Part shown: in pieces, positions 32,961 through 42,066 of the stretch | Layout of the letters: each line of letters begins with the position of its first letter | How positions within the stretch are numbered: position 1 is the stretch's first letter | Origin: Microcoleus sp. | Lineage (GTDB): Bacteria > Cyanobacteriota > Cyanobacteriia > Cyanobacteriales > Microcoleaceae | Assembly: GCA_052279835.1 (NCBI GenBank) | Contig: CP181291.1 | Coordinates: forward strand, 5,120,001 to 5,184,000 | Reading direction: 5' to 3' | DNA: 64,000 nucleotides | Program-made: the position numbers and the translations under genes | The notes under the pieces: generated by a model | The model's input: the letters and a program-made list of their open reading frames with translations, nothing else | The model's database searches: none | What the model was told of the DNA's origin: nothing

Positions 32961-33365
32961 TTAATCCGGAGAATTTTCAGCCCGTAAACTTTCTAACTGG
33001 GTTCTGAGTGCCACCATTTGTGCAGTTAACTCTTGAATTTCTAGTTGTACGTCTGGTTGTGACACAGCATCGGGAGGATTACCTATGGGTGAATTCGATT
33101 GCTGAGGCGAGACTGATTCGCTTTCGGTATTCTCCCGCTCGTTTTGTCCAGAAAAAATAGTATCTACAAAATTCCGGGCTTCTGTATCGGTCATTTCTCC
33201 TTTTTCTAGCAACTCATCGGCTAATACACCCAAGTCTGACTTTAATTTTTCCAGATTTTCCTCTCGCTTCAGCGGGTCTTGCAATGTCTCAATTAAAAAA
33301 GAAGTTGCACCCAAAGCTAGGTGAAATCCGGTTTGCAGAATTTGAGGCAGTTTTTCAGAATTCAT
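32961..33365 (-). CDS. Hypothetical protein (phasin-like coiled coil)
   Basis: GFHLALGA..KGEMTDTEARNFVD..C-terminal coiled coil. Confidence 0.65.
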   Translation of the reverse strand: MNSEKLPQILQTGFHLALGATSFLIETLQDPLKREENLEKLKSDLGVLADELLEKGEMTDTEARNFVDTIFSGQNERENTESESVSPQQSNSPIGNPPDAVSQPDVQLEIQELTAQMVALRTQLESLRAENSPD

Positions 33366-33540
33366 TTAAAAATTCCGCTAGTGCGAATTTGTGGATCGGG
33401 ATCGCCCCAAATCACAAAAAACAAGTCTTTGGGGGGATGGCCTTCTATGTTACTTAAACTAATTTTAGCATTACTTGGCAAATTCAGAAATGTCAAGTGT
33501 AAAGTTTTGTAACAATACCGATCGCTTTGAGATATTCAGG

Positions 33541-34686
33541 TTAAGCACCCGATCGAGGGTAGAGTGTATCGCCGGTGGAAGGGTCAAATACAAATAGCCG
33601 ATCGAAATCAAGCTCTACACTCAGTCGATCGCCCGATCGACAGCGCCCATTCCCAGGCACCACTACCTGTATCGTAGTTTCTGGACTCAACATCGGCAAA
33701 CTCGCCCGGATTAAAGTTTCTCGCCCCAAGGGTTCAACCACTTTCACCTCTAAGTCTAGAGGCACTTTTTCTAAGGCCCAAATATCGCTTTTTAAATCAT
33801 CATTCTGCGCCATGGATTTAGTAAAAACTGCTATGTGTTCTGGACGAATTCCTAAATCAAAACCCTGTCCTTCCCTAGGCTGCAATTTTTTCTGAATCGA
33901 GGGCGGACAAGCTAGAGATTGATTTCCCACTTGAAAAGATTCGTTCGCATAAATTGCAGGCAAAATATTCATAGCCGGATTGCCTAAAAATGTCGCCACC
34001 ATCCGATTTACTGGTTTAGCATAAACAGTTTGAGGGTCTCCAATTTGTTGAATCAAACCGCGATTTAAAATAACAATTTTGTCAGCTAAAGTCATCGCTT
34101 CCACTTGGTCGTGGGTGACATAAATAGTAGTAATTCCTAGCCGTTGATGCAGTAGTTTAAGTTCGGCCCTAGTATCATCTCGCAATTGAGCATCCAGGTT
34201 AGAAAGCGGTTCATCTAAGAGAAAAACTTTGGGTTCACGGGCGATCGCCCTTCCCAGTGCTACCCGCTGTTGCTGACCTCCTGAAAGCTGTTTGGGCTTG
34301 CGGTTAAGCAGGCGATCGATCGATAGCGTTTGGGCTACAGTCTCCACCCTTTCTTGAATTTTTGATTTTTCAACATTCCGCATCCGCAATCCAAAAGCCA
34401 GATTTTCTGCCACAGTCATGTGCGGGTAAAGCGCATAATTTTGAAATACCATTGCCACATCCCGCTGTCTGGCTGGAATGTTATTGACTAAACTATCTCC
34501 AATATAAATGTTGCCCGAAGTTGCCGTTTCTAAACCTGCAATTGTCCGCATAATTGTAGATTTACCACAACCGGATGGTCCGACTAATACCCAAAATTCT
34601 CCGTCCGGGATTTGGAAGCTAATATTTTCGATAGCGGTGACATTTTGGTAGCGTCGGGTAATATTTTCTAAGCGAACATTTGCCAT
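33541..34686 (-). CDS. Sugar ABC transporter ATP-binding protein (MalK-like)
   Basis: GPSGCGKS, VFQNYALYPHM, LSGGQQQR, LLDEPLSNLDA, TOBE tail. Confidence 0.93.
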   Translation of the reverse strand: MANVRLENITRRYQNVTAIENISFQIPDGEFWVLVGPSGCGKSTIMRTIAGLETATSGNIYIGDSLVNNIPARQRDVAMVFQNYALYPHMTVAENLAFGLRMRNVEKSKIQERVETVAQTLSIDRLLNRKPKQLSGGQQQRVALGRAIAREPKVFLLDEPLSNLDAQLRDDTRAELKLLHQRLGITTIYVTHDQVEAMTLADKIVILNRGLIQQIGDPQTVYAKPVNRMVATFLGNPAMNILPAIYANESFQVGNQSLACPPSIQKKLQPREGQGFDLGIRPEHIAVFTKSMAQNDDLKSDIWALEKVPLDLEVKVVEPLGRETLIRASLPMLSPETTIQVVVPGNGRCRSGDRLSVELDFDRLFVFDPSTGDTLYPRSGA

Positions 34687-34812
34687 TTTTCTTAGTTAGG
34701 AGTTACTGGTTATTAGTTAGGAGTTACTGGTTATTAGTTATTTGTTTATTCCCGGAAGCACTAATAACCTAAATCATCTCATTCTCTGGGTTGGGAAGCA
34801 TCTCAAATCTTT

Positions 34813-35033
34813 GCCACACCGTCACCATGGGTCTAGGACTATAGTTTTTACATTATCGCCTAAGTAACGACAATCTTTTAAGGGCGATCGCACATTATAG
34901 ATTTTATCAGGAGCCGAGACCAATCTGACTGAACTAGAAGCCGATCGTGTCGTCAAGGGAGATTAGGTGTCCTGCGCCTTTCGGTAAAGCCGTCCATAAT
35001 AGCTGTGATGGATGTTTTCCCCCGTGGCGGGGC
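34813..35033 (+). ncRNA. ssrS: Probable 6S RNA (boundaries and strand tentative)
   Basis: Rod-like pairing of the ends (CCGTCAC/GTGGCGG), apical stem (GACCAATCTGAC/GTCA..AGATTAGGTGTC); GAACTAGAAG and CCTGCGCC..CGGTAAA motifs recalled from cyanobacterial 6S; G-U pairs favour the + strand. Confidence 0.55.
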
Positions 35034-35155
35034 CGCCTCCATCCTCCATCGCATAATTGAAGTAAAATTACGATCGTCTCATATTCCTAAGCCCCCTACT
35101 CCAAAGCTATACTAGCAGTATCCAACATCAGAATCATCACAGAGAGGTTGCCATC

Positions 35156-35779
35156 GTGACAGCTACTATAATTATACCCAAAAATGCCGACCCAAAAATA
35201 GAACCAGAATCCCAGCCAGAATTAGAAAATACACCAGAAATTCCACCCGAATCCGCTCCACAAAAAGTCATATCTCTCGAAGAATTTTTAGTCAAGCCTG
35301 CTGATAGAATGGAATGGGTTGACGGCAACTTAGTGGAGAAAACAGGAATGACATTCAAGCACAGTCTGGCTCAGTCTAAATTAGCGCGTTATTGGGGAAA
35401 TTACAAAGATTCCAGCGGACAGGGAGGAGAAGTTCTTACAGAAGTCCTTTGTCGCACTAACAAACAAGGCCGCCGTCCCGATGTCGCTTACATAACTCCT
35501 GAACTACTGCCAGAATCAGGCAATTTTACAGCATTTTCCCAAAGTTTTCCCCTGATAGCAGAAGTTGCTTCTCCTGAAGATAGCGGCGAAGAATTATTTG
35601 CAAAAGCTCAAGAATATTTGGAATCGGGATGTTTAGAAGTCTGGCTGCTATTTCCCGAAGCTCGATTAATTTTTGTGAATGCCGGCAAAAATTGGTTATT
35701 ATTTAATGCCGACGAAGTGGCTAGCACTCAAAATGTACTTTCAGGTTTTAGCGTAGCTGTCAGTGAATTGTTGGCCTAA
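35156..35779 (+). CDS. Uma2 family endonuclease
   Basis: MEWVDG, RRPDVAY, PLIAEVASP, EVWLLFP. Confidence 0.88.
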   Translation: MTATIIIPKNADPKIEPESQPELENTPEIPPESAPQKVISLEEFLVKPADRMEWVDGNLVEKTGMTFKHSLAQSKLARYWGNYKDSSGQGGEVLTEVLCRTNKQGRRPDVAYITPELLPESGNFTAFSQSFPLIAEVASPEDSGEELFAKAQEYLESGCLEVWLLFPEARLIFVNAGKNWLLFNADEVASTQNVLSGFSVAVSELLA

Positions 35780-35869
35780 AGAACTTGCCAAAAAGGCCAC
35801 GTTATGAAATAATCTAGGATGTTGAAAAATTCAACTAAAGCGACATCCCCAAATAAAAATAAAAATATA

Positions 35870-36592
35870 ATGGATAAATTCAGAGTAGAAGTTATTTCTC
35901 AAACACCCAATCCTCAGCAAGTAATATATGCTGCTCTCCATCAAGACTATACAGAAAATTTTGTGTTTGACGAACGGGATTCCTGGCCATCTGAAGCCGA
36001 ATGTGGCGAAATAATAGTCAAAAGGCTCCTCGCAGGCGATCGGGGTCATTACGGCCCCTTAGAACATCCCCAAATTATCTTTAATTGTGGCTACTTTCCC
36101 CACAGCGTCATGCAGCAAGCCAGGACACATCGTGTAGGAGTATCCTTCGATGTGCAATCCCTCCGTTATACAGGTAATCAATTTCTGGATGCAGCCACAG
36201 GCAAAAAAGATATAGAAGATATTTTTTACCTCCGTCCAGTAGATTATTATACAGACCGCGAAGGCAAAAAATACTACTATTCTCCCGAACAAAGACAGCA
36301 AGATTTAGAGTGGTGTCTAGAAGCCGCTAAACGTTACAAAATAGACTTCGATGGTGGTATGTCCGAAGAACACGCCAGAGGCAAATTACCCTTTGACTAC
36401 CGCCAGCACTTTGTAGTCAGTTTCAATTTAAGATCCTTCCTGCACTTTGCTGACTTGAGAAACAAGAAAAACGCTCAACTAGAAATTCAAAAACTCTGCG
36501 AAATGATGTGGCCTCATTTTGAAAATTGGGCCCCAGCCATTGCGAAATGGTACACAACAACTCGCCTGGGGAAAGCCAGACTAGCCCCGTAA
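35870..36592 (+). CDS. thyX: FAD-dependent thymidylate synthase
   Basis: GHYGPLEH, RTHRVGVSFDVQSLRY, EEHARG, NLRS, AQLEI; start taken at the ATG of MDKFR. Confidence 0.92.
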   Translation: MDKFRVEVISQTPNPQQVIYAALHQDYTENFVFDERDSWPSEAECGEIIVKRLLAGDRGHYGPLEHPQIIFNCGYFPHSVMQQARTHRVGVSFDVQSLRYTGNQFLDAATGKKDIEDIFYLRPVDYYTDREGKKYYYSPEQRQQDLEWCLEAAKRYKIDFDGGMSEEHARGKLPFDYRQHFVVSFNLRSFLHFADLRNKKNAQLEIQKLCEMMWPHFENWAPAIAKWYTTTRLGKARLAP

Positions 36593-36748
36593 TAATTCCG
36601 ATGTTCGCAATTATTCATCTCTCACTTCTCCTCCTCTGCGTCCTCTGCGGTCTCTGCGGTTAAATAATTCTGATACAACTAACATTGAGAACCCTAAAAA
36701 GTTGGCTGTATCAGCATTATTCCGTCTTCATTATCCTCACCAAACAAG

Positions 36749-37183
36749 ATGAAATTAAAAATCCGGCAACTTCACGAATCAGCCATCATCCCCAAATACG
36801 CCTACGAATCTGATGCTGGACTCGATCTATTTTCCATAGATGAATTAGAAATTCTTCCCGGAAAAAGCAAGTTAATTCATACAGGCATATCAATAGAATT
36901 ACCCCAACAAACAGAGGCACAAATTCGTCCTCGAAGTGGTTTAGCTCTCAAACACCAAATCACTGTACTCAACGCACCAGGAACAATAGATGAAGGCTAT
37001 CGAGGGGAAATAGGAGTCATCTTAATCAATCATGGTAACACTTCTTTTCAAGTTACCAAAGGCATGAAAATTGCTCAAATGGTAATCGCGCCAGTAATTC
37101 GCGTGGAAATTGAAGAAGTTAAAATGTTAAGTTCCAGCTCTAGGGGAGATAATGGATTTGGCTCCACTGGCATCGGGCAATAA
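36749..37183 (+). CDS. dut: dUTP diphosphatase
   Basis: [32 protein letters not shown] motifs. Confidence 0.95.
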   Translation: MKLKIRQLHESAIIPKYAYESDAGLDLFSIDELEILPGKSKLIHTGISIELPQQTEAQIRPRSGLALKHQITVLNAPGTIDEGYRGEIGVILINHGNTSFQVTKGMKIAQMVIAPVIRVEIEEVKMLSSSSRGDNGFGSTGIGQ

Positions 37184-37220
37184 ATAGCGTCTCTCATACA
37201 CTTCTAATTTTATACTTTAA

Positions 37221-37781
37221 ATGCAGAACACACCAGACAACTACGACCCTCCTCAAAGACCAGATTGGGATGAATACTTTTTAATGTTAGCCAAATTAGC
37301 CGCCACTCGATCGACTTGTCTGGCTTTTCCCGTAGGTGCTGTGATCACTAAAAATAGACAAGTGTTAGCCACCGGTTACAACGGTTCCCCCTCCGGTTCG
37401 GCACACTGCATCTCTCAAGGATTCTGCTATCCTGGTTTGAGCAGTTGTGATGCTAGCAAAACCTTACCATCGCGGGCGGTTCATGCAGAAGCAAATGCGA
37501 TCGCCAAAGCCGCCAGACATGGTATATCTACTGATGGAGCTAGCATTTATGTCACCTTAGAACCCTGCATTTATTGTCTTAAATTAGTCATTGCCGCTGG
37601 GATTCGAGAAATATTTTACGAAACCAGTTTCAACAGCGGAGAAAAAGCAGCCTTGAGAGATACTTTTATCAGTGAAGGTATTGTGGAACTCAAGCAAATT
37701 CAGTTATCTGAAAATACGGCAAAAAAGGCTGCCCTATTTTTGCTGCATCCTACTTCTGTCCTCAAAGATTCTATTTCTTGA
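37221..37781 (+). CDS. dCMP deaminase (ComEB-like)
   Basis: WDEYF, RSTC, TGYNG, HAEANA, PCIYC zinc motif. Confidence 0.9.
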   Translation: MQNTPDNYDPPQRPDWDEYFLMLAKLAATRSTCLAFPVGAVITKNRQVLATGYNGSPSGSAHCISQGFCYPGLSSCDASKTLPSRAVHAEANAIAKAARHGISTDGASIYVTLEPCIYCLKLVIAAGIREIFYETSFNSGEKAALRDTFISEGIVELKQIQLSENTAKKAALFLLHPTSVLKDSIS

Positions 37782-37822
37782 CAATCACTATAGCGGTTTT
37801 CCCTAGCGTCCACAGTCAACAT

Positions 37823-38308
37823 TTAATCAAACTCATTCACAACTTGCAAATAGTCGATCGCAGCATCTATCCTCGAAGAATACTTAAAAGCAAACTGATC
37901 GAACCAAAATCTCTCATCAGAATCTTTACTTAAATTCTTCAGCCAAACTTGAGCTTGTCTCACTTTTTCCCGGTGGGTTTTTACTTCCACCTGCTGCGGT
38001 TCCTGTTGGAGAATTTTCTGAGCTTTATTTTGTGCTTCATCTTCAGCCAAAAGCTGTTCCTGTTTGGCAACTTCTTCAGCTTGCTCTTGTGCTTGGTATT
38101 CAGCCTTGATTTGAGCTAAATCACTGTCTAAATTATCAAAATTCAAATTTTTGTCAGAAGTTTCAATTGCTTGACTATACGGCGCAGTAGTTGCTTGCAA
38201 AGACGGTTCTGGTTGCACCATCCGCTGGCTTTTTAACTCAGCAGATTTTTTTTGAGATTCTTGATACTCAGCTCTAAGTTCAGCTAACAAACGATCGATC
38301 GATTCCAT
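37823..38308 (-). CDS. Hypothetical protein (Slr1339-like salt-stress family)
   Basis: MESIDRLLAEL..AQVWLK..WFDQFA..SRIDAAIDYL pattern recalled from this family. Confidence 0.6.
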   Translation of the reverse strand: MESIDRLLAELRAEYQESQKKSAELKSQRMVQPEPSLQATTAPYSQAIETSDKNLNFDNLDSDLAQIKAEYQAQEQAEEVAKQEQLLAEDEAQNKAQKILQQEPQQVEVKTHREKVRQAQVWLKNLSKDSDERFWFDQFAFKYSSRIDAAIDYLQVVNEFD

Positions 38309-38384
38309 TACTTAACCCCCCCCCTAAACAATGCTTCTGAGCCCTCCGGCCAAAATACCATCGCCTTAAACTTAATTCACCTTC

Positions 38385-38990
38385 TCAATCAATGATTGCA
38401 TTCAGCAATACTTCCGTCAGAGTCATTCCTTCCATATCGTCCATAGTTACAGTATCCACGATATCGAATTTAGCCCCAGCGCTTTGTAGTTCGTCATCCA
38501 ATATCTTGAGAAACTTGGTAGCTTCTGGAGCATTTCCGACTTGGATAAACGAAATTGCCAATTCTTCATCTCGATCTAGCTTCCGCGAAGCTTCTATAAT
38601 TGTTTTCATCACTTCTTTGCGATCGTCCGGTTCTCCGTCCGTCACCACTAATATTGTTTCCCCATTTTGCTGAGTCTTACCGGATATTTTACGCTGAAAA
38701 TAGTTGTTGAGAGCATCTTGCAAAACTATCGCCAAATTCGTAGTCCCTGAAGGCTCATTTTCTTGGAATATTTGTACGACTTTCCCTGCGGTTACATTGT
38801 CGTACCGTTTGAAACGACCGGAAAACAAGTAAACTGTGATGCCATCAGGGTCTAGTTCTTCGCATTTATTTGCTAATGCGATCGTCGATTCCTGCATCAG
38901 CGCCCACCGACTTTTGCCCCCTGTCTTGTCTTTAGTGTACATACTGCCACTTTTGTCAATGATTATGGTATAATCTCGGTTGTTAAGCAT
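38385..38990 (-). CDS. vWA domain protein
   Basis: MIDAS DKSGS, GTT, VTDGEPDD. Confidence 0.9.
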   Translation of the reverse strand: MLNNRDYTIIIDKSGSMYTKDKTGGKSRWALMQESTIALANKCEELDPDGITVYLFSGRFKRYDNVTAGKVVQIFQENEPSGTTNLAIVLQDALNNYFQRKISGKTQQNGETILVVTDGEPDDRKEVMKTIIEASRKLDRDEELAISFIQVGNAPEATKFLKILDDELQSAGAKFDIVDTVTMDDMEGMTLTEVLLNAIID

Positions 38991-39036
38991 GAGAATTTTC
39001 CTGTTACATTAAATTTTTTTCAAAAAAGAGCAAAAC

Positions 39037-39073
39037 CAGCGAGCAGAAGCTGTTGAGCTTTAGTTGCTCGCTG
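39037..39073 (-). terminator. Probable ndhN terminator
   Basis: CAGCGAGCA..TGCTCGCTG hairpin followed by a T-rich run on the minus strand. Confidence 0.55.
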
Positions 39074-39110
39074 CGTTTTTTAGTAGATTGGCGATCGACT
39101 GAAACCCTAT

Positions 39111-39587
39111 TTAAGCTGTAACTAAAGCATCCTTGAGTGGCTTCCAACTAAAAACTCGATCGCCCCCCATCTCTACAGCTATTTTAACTCGCGGTTCTAA
39201 CGTCGGCAAAATAGTTAAATATTCCACCTCCTGACTAGACAAAATCTGCCCTTCAATGATCCACAGCACCAGTCCTTTTGCTTTCGGAGGCAAATTGTCC
39301 AATTGAGTCTTCAACATCGGCGGCACGTAGTAGGTATAACCCACGGACGCTTCATTACCAGTGGTTTTCTTACCCAAATGCGGCGGCCGCACCCCGTGCA
39401 CCCCCGTCAAATACATCGCCAAATCGCCCAAACCCCGCGCTGTAATGTTGTAGGCACCATAGCCCGCAGCCCTGAGTCGGCGCAGGTAGCGTCCCTCAAA
39501 ACCTCCCTCCAACGGAACATACAGGGCCAGGGACCCCGACTTTTCCAAATCCCGAATCATATCTGAACCCGTCGTAATCAATCCCAT
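39111..39587 (-). CDS. ndhN: NDH-1 subunit N
   Basis: MGLITTG..PLEGGFEGRY..HGVRPPHLGK; conserved position divergent from rplC; the longer ORF call runs into the IS end. Confidence 0.93.
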   Translation of the reverse strand: MGLITTGSDMIRDLEKSGSLALYVPLEGGFEGRYLRRLRAAGYGAYNITARGLGDLAMYLTGVHGVRPPHLGKKTTGNEASVGYTYYVPPMLKTQLDNLPPKAKGLVLWIIEGQILSSQEVEYLTILPTLEPRVKIAVEMGGDRVFSWKPLKDALVTA

Positions 39588-39629
39588 AAATTTGTGTGGC
39601 TGTATGAAAATTTGGTCGATCGCCCAAGT

Positions 39630-39790
39630 GCGAACTGCAAGTATTTTGACACTCCCCAGTCTAAAGACGTGGGGATTCTTCATTCACAGGGAGATGCCTT
39701 GCAAAAGCAGTGCCTTTACTTGGTCTTACTCTCCCTCCCGAAGCAGTGGCGGTATGCCCTACCGCCAGAATTCGTAACCCTTCATCCCGA
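39630..39790 (-). ncRNA. Predicted TnpB omegaRNA (reRNA) with flank-derived guide
   Basis: Overlaps the tnpB 3' end: GGCGGTAGGGCATACCGCC hairpin, right-end hairpin TCCCCACGTCTTTAGACTGGGGAG-TGTCAA, then flank AATACTTGCAGTTCGC; 5' end approximate. Confidence 0.65.
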
Positions 39791-40946
39791 ATATTCTTAG
39801 CGGCATTGATGTCTCTATCGTGGTTTTCTCCACACTTAAGGCATTGCCAACTACGAATATCTCTGCTCAAACTATCAACACGATTTAAGCAGTTACTACA
39901 GGTCTTGGAACTGGGGAAAAATCTGTCAACTTCTAGATAGATTTTTCCTTCCCATTCAGCCTTGTATTTCAACATAGTACAGAATTGACCCCAGCCAGCA
40001 TCACTAATTAATTTTGCTAGTTTAGGGTTTTTGACCATGTTGCTGACGGCTAGATTTTCGACCACTATGACTTGGTTTTCGTCAACTAATTTACGACTTA
40101 GCTTGTGGAGAAAATCTTCACGACTACGAAGGATTTTAGAGTGAACTTTAGCAACTTTAACTCTAGCTTTATTGCGGTTATTAGAGCCTTTTTGCTTGCG
40201 ATTAAGTTTCTGTTGTCTCCTCGCTAATCTTCGTTCGTAGTTACGATAGTATTTAGGGTTCCCATGTTTAGTCCCATCTGATGTAATCGCAAAATGAGTT
40301 AGTCCAACGTCTATCCCGATAGCTTTTCCTTCTGATGATTTTTGGGGCAAATCCTGACCATCATCATAAAGACAAGATGCAAAATATTCTGCTGATGGAT
40401 TAACTGAAACCGTAACCGACTTTAAATCTCCCTCGGGTTGCCGTGAAACTTTGCAATAGACTTTGCCGATTTTAGGTAATACCAGAACATCATTTTTTAA
40501 CTGACAGTGCTGAGGAAATCTAATCGACTGCCTATTTTGCTTTTTCTTGAAGTTAGGATATTTAGCTCTACCTTCAAAAAAATTAAGGAAAGCACTAGAA
40601 AGATTTAAAGCGGCTTGCTGTAATACCTGTGATGGGACTTCGCTTAACCACTCATACTCTTTTTTTAGGGAAGGCAGAAGCTTGATTATTTCGTTTCTGC
40701 TTAATCCTTTTCCAGTTTGTTTGTAAGTTTCGGATGTTAGATTGAGAGCGTAGTTGTAAAACCATCTAGCACAGCCAAACGACTTGGCAAGCAAAACGGA
40801 TTGCTCACCCGTCGGATAGATTCTGTACTTGAATGCTTTTAACATTTTGCTTACCACACTACATATAGTATGGTAAATTGTTTGGTCAAGAGTGTCAAGC
40901 CGTCCTCCGCTACGCTAAAGGACGGGGTTTTCCACCCAAATTTTCG
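39646..40946 (-). mobile_element. tnpB-only IS200/IS605-family element (IS1341-like)
   Basis: Left end CGAAAATTTGGGTGGAAAACCCCGTCC..GGACGGC preceded by TTTAT; right-end hairpin ending TCAA; no tnpA, no TIR or TSD. Confidence 0.85.
39661..40845 (-). CDS. tnpB: RNA-guided endonuclease TnpB
   Basis: HTH LKAFKYRIYPT, RuvC-I GIDVG, RuvC-II VVENL, zinc finger CSNC..CLKC, RuvC-III DRDINAA all intact. Confidence 0.95.
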   Translation of the reverse strand: MLKAFKYRIYPTGEQSVLLAKSFGCARWFYNYALNLTSETYKQTGKGLSRNEIIKLLPSLKKEYEWLSEVPSQVLQQAALNLSSAFLNFFEGRAKYPNFKKKQNRQSIRFPQHCQLKNDVLVLPKIGKVYCKVSRQPEGDLKSVTVSVNPSAEYFASCLYDDGQDLPQKSSEGKAIGIDVGLTHFAITSDGTKHGNPKYYRNYERRLARRQQKLNRKQKGSNNRNKARVKVAKVHSKILRSREDFLHKLSRKLVDENQVIVVENLAVSNMVKNPKLAKLISDAGWGQFCTMLKYKAEWEGKIYLEVDRFFPSSKTCSNCLNRVDSLSRDIRSWQCLKCGENHDRDINAAKNIRDEGLRILAVGHTATASGGRVRPSKGTAFARHLPVNEESPRL

Positions 40947-40986
40947 ATAAATCTTTAAGCTTAGTCAAAAAAATCCGCTCGCGGCC

Positions 40987-41016
40987 TTGACAAATAGGTA
41001 ACACTTCGTATAGTAT
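40987..41016 (+). promoter_or_regulatory. Probable promoter of the rplC operon
   Basis: TTGACA (40987-92) followed by TATAGT/TAGTAT at 16-18 nt spacing. Confidence 0.6.
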
Positions 41017-41317
41017 TGTGAATCGTTGCTGTAAAGGATACTGAGTAGTTAACTGCTCAAGTCCAGGCACGAACAAGCAAGAACAAAATAAATCTCCCAG
41101 ACACAACAGCTAGAAGCCTGTAAATCTGGAAACTTGCAAGACTTCCACAAGCTAGCTCCCAAATTTAAAATTTAAATTTTAAACACCGCGGAAAGCTGTT
41201 GGTTGATAACAGTTAATTGCAGAATCATTCAAATAAATGATTCTGCACAAGAGCAAGCGGATTGACGAAAACTTCGCAATCCGAAACCTCTTGCGTAAAT
41301 AAAAGGAAAAAAAATCC

Positions 41318-41953
41318 GTGTCAGTAGGCATTCTTGGTACAAAACTAGGCATGACTCAAGTGTTTGACGCACAAGGGAAAGCAATCCCCGTCACCGTCAT
41401 TCAAGCAGGGCCTTGTACAGTAACTCAAATTAAAACAAAACCAACAGACGGCTACAGTGCCGTTCAAATTGGATACAGCGAAGTCAAACCAAAGGCTCTC
41501 AACAAGCCAGAACTAGGACACCTAGCCAAGTCCGGGGCGAATCCATTGCGCCACTTGCAGGAATACCGATTGGAAGACACAAGTTCCTTTGAATTAGGTC
41601 AACAACTAAAAGCCGATGCTTTTGCACCCGGACAAATAGTAGATGTGATCGGTACAAGCATCGGTAAAGGCTTTGCCGGTTTCCAAAAGCGCCACAACTT
41701 CAAACGAGGCCCAATGTCTCACGGTTCTAAGAACCACCGCGAACCAGGCTCGATCGGACCTGGAACAACCCCCGGCCGCGTCTATCCAGGGAAAAGAATG
41801 GCAGGACGGATGGGGAATGTTCAAGTAACCGTTCGCAAGCTAACGATTGTGCGGGTAGATACAGAGCGGAATCTGCTACTAATTAAAGGAGCCGTTCCCG
41901 GTAAAGCCGGTGCCTTAGTCAATGTTGTACCTGAGAAAAAAGTTGGGCGGTAG
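41318..41953 (+). CDS. rplC: 50S ribosomal protein L3
   Basis: [25 protein letters not shown]. Confidence 0.97.
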   Translation: MSVGILGTKLGMTQVFDAQGKAIPVTVIQAGPCTVTQIKTKPTDGYSAVQIGYSEVKPKALNKPELGHLAKSGANPLRHLQEYRLEDTSSFELGQQLKADAFAPGQIVDVIGTSIGKGFAGFQKRHNFKRGPMSHGSKNHREPGSIGPGTTPGRVYPGKRMAGRMGNVQVTVRKLTIVRVDTERNLLLIKGAVPGKAGALVNVVPEKKVGR

Positions 41954-42066
41954 TCATTAGTTATGGGTTATTTCGTTATCAGTAGTAGCAGATAACAACA
42001 AACAACTAACAACTAACAACTAACAAACAACTAACAACTAACAACAACAGACAAAGGACAAAAGAA

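Noticed and set aside
13411..36664. Short AACCGCAGA/CTCTGCG-type repeats at 4425, 13411, 15125, 15881, 29060 and 36634
   Set aside because: Common dispersed cyanobacterial intergenic repeats with no extra structure seen here.
37221..37781. dCMP deaminase as an anti-phage dCTP deaminase
   Set aside because: It is a short single-domain ComEB-like protein in a thymidylate-synthesis context.
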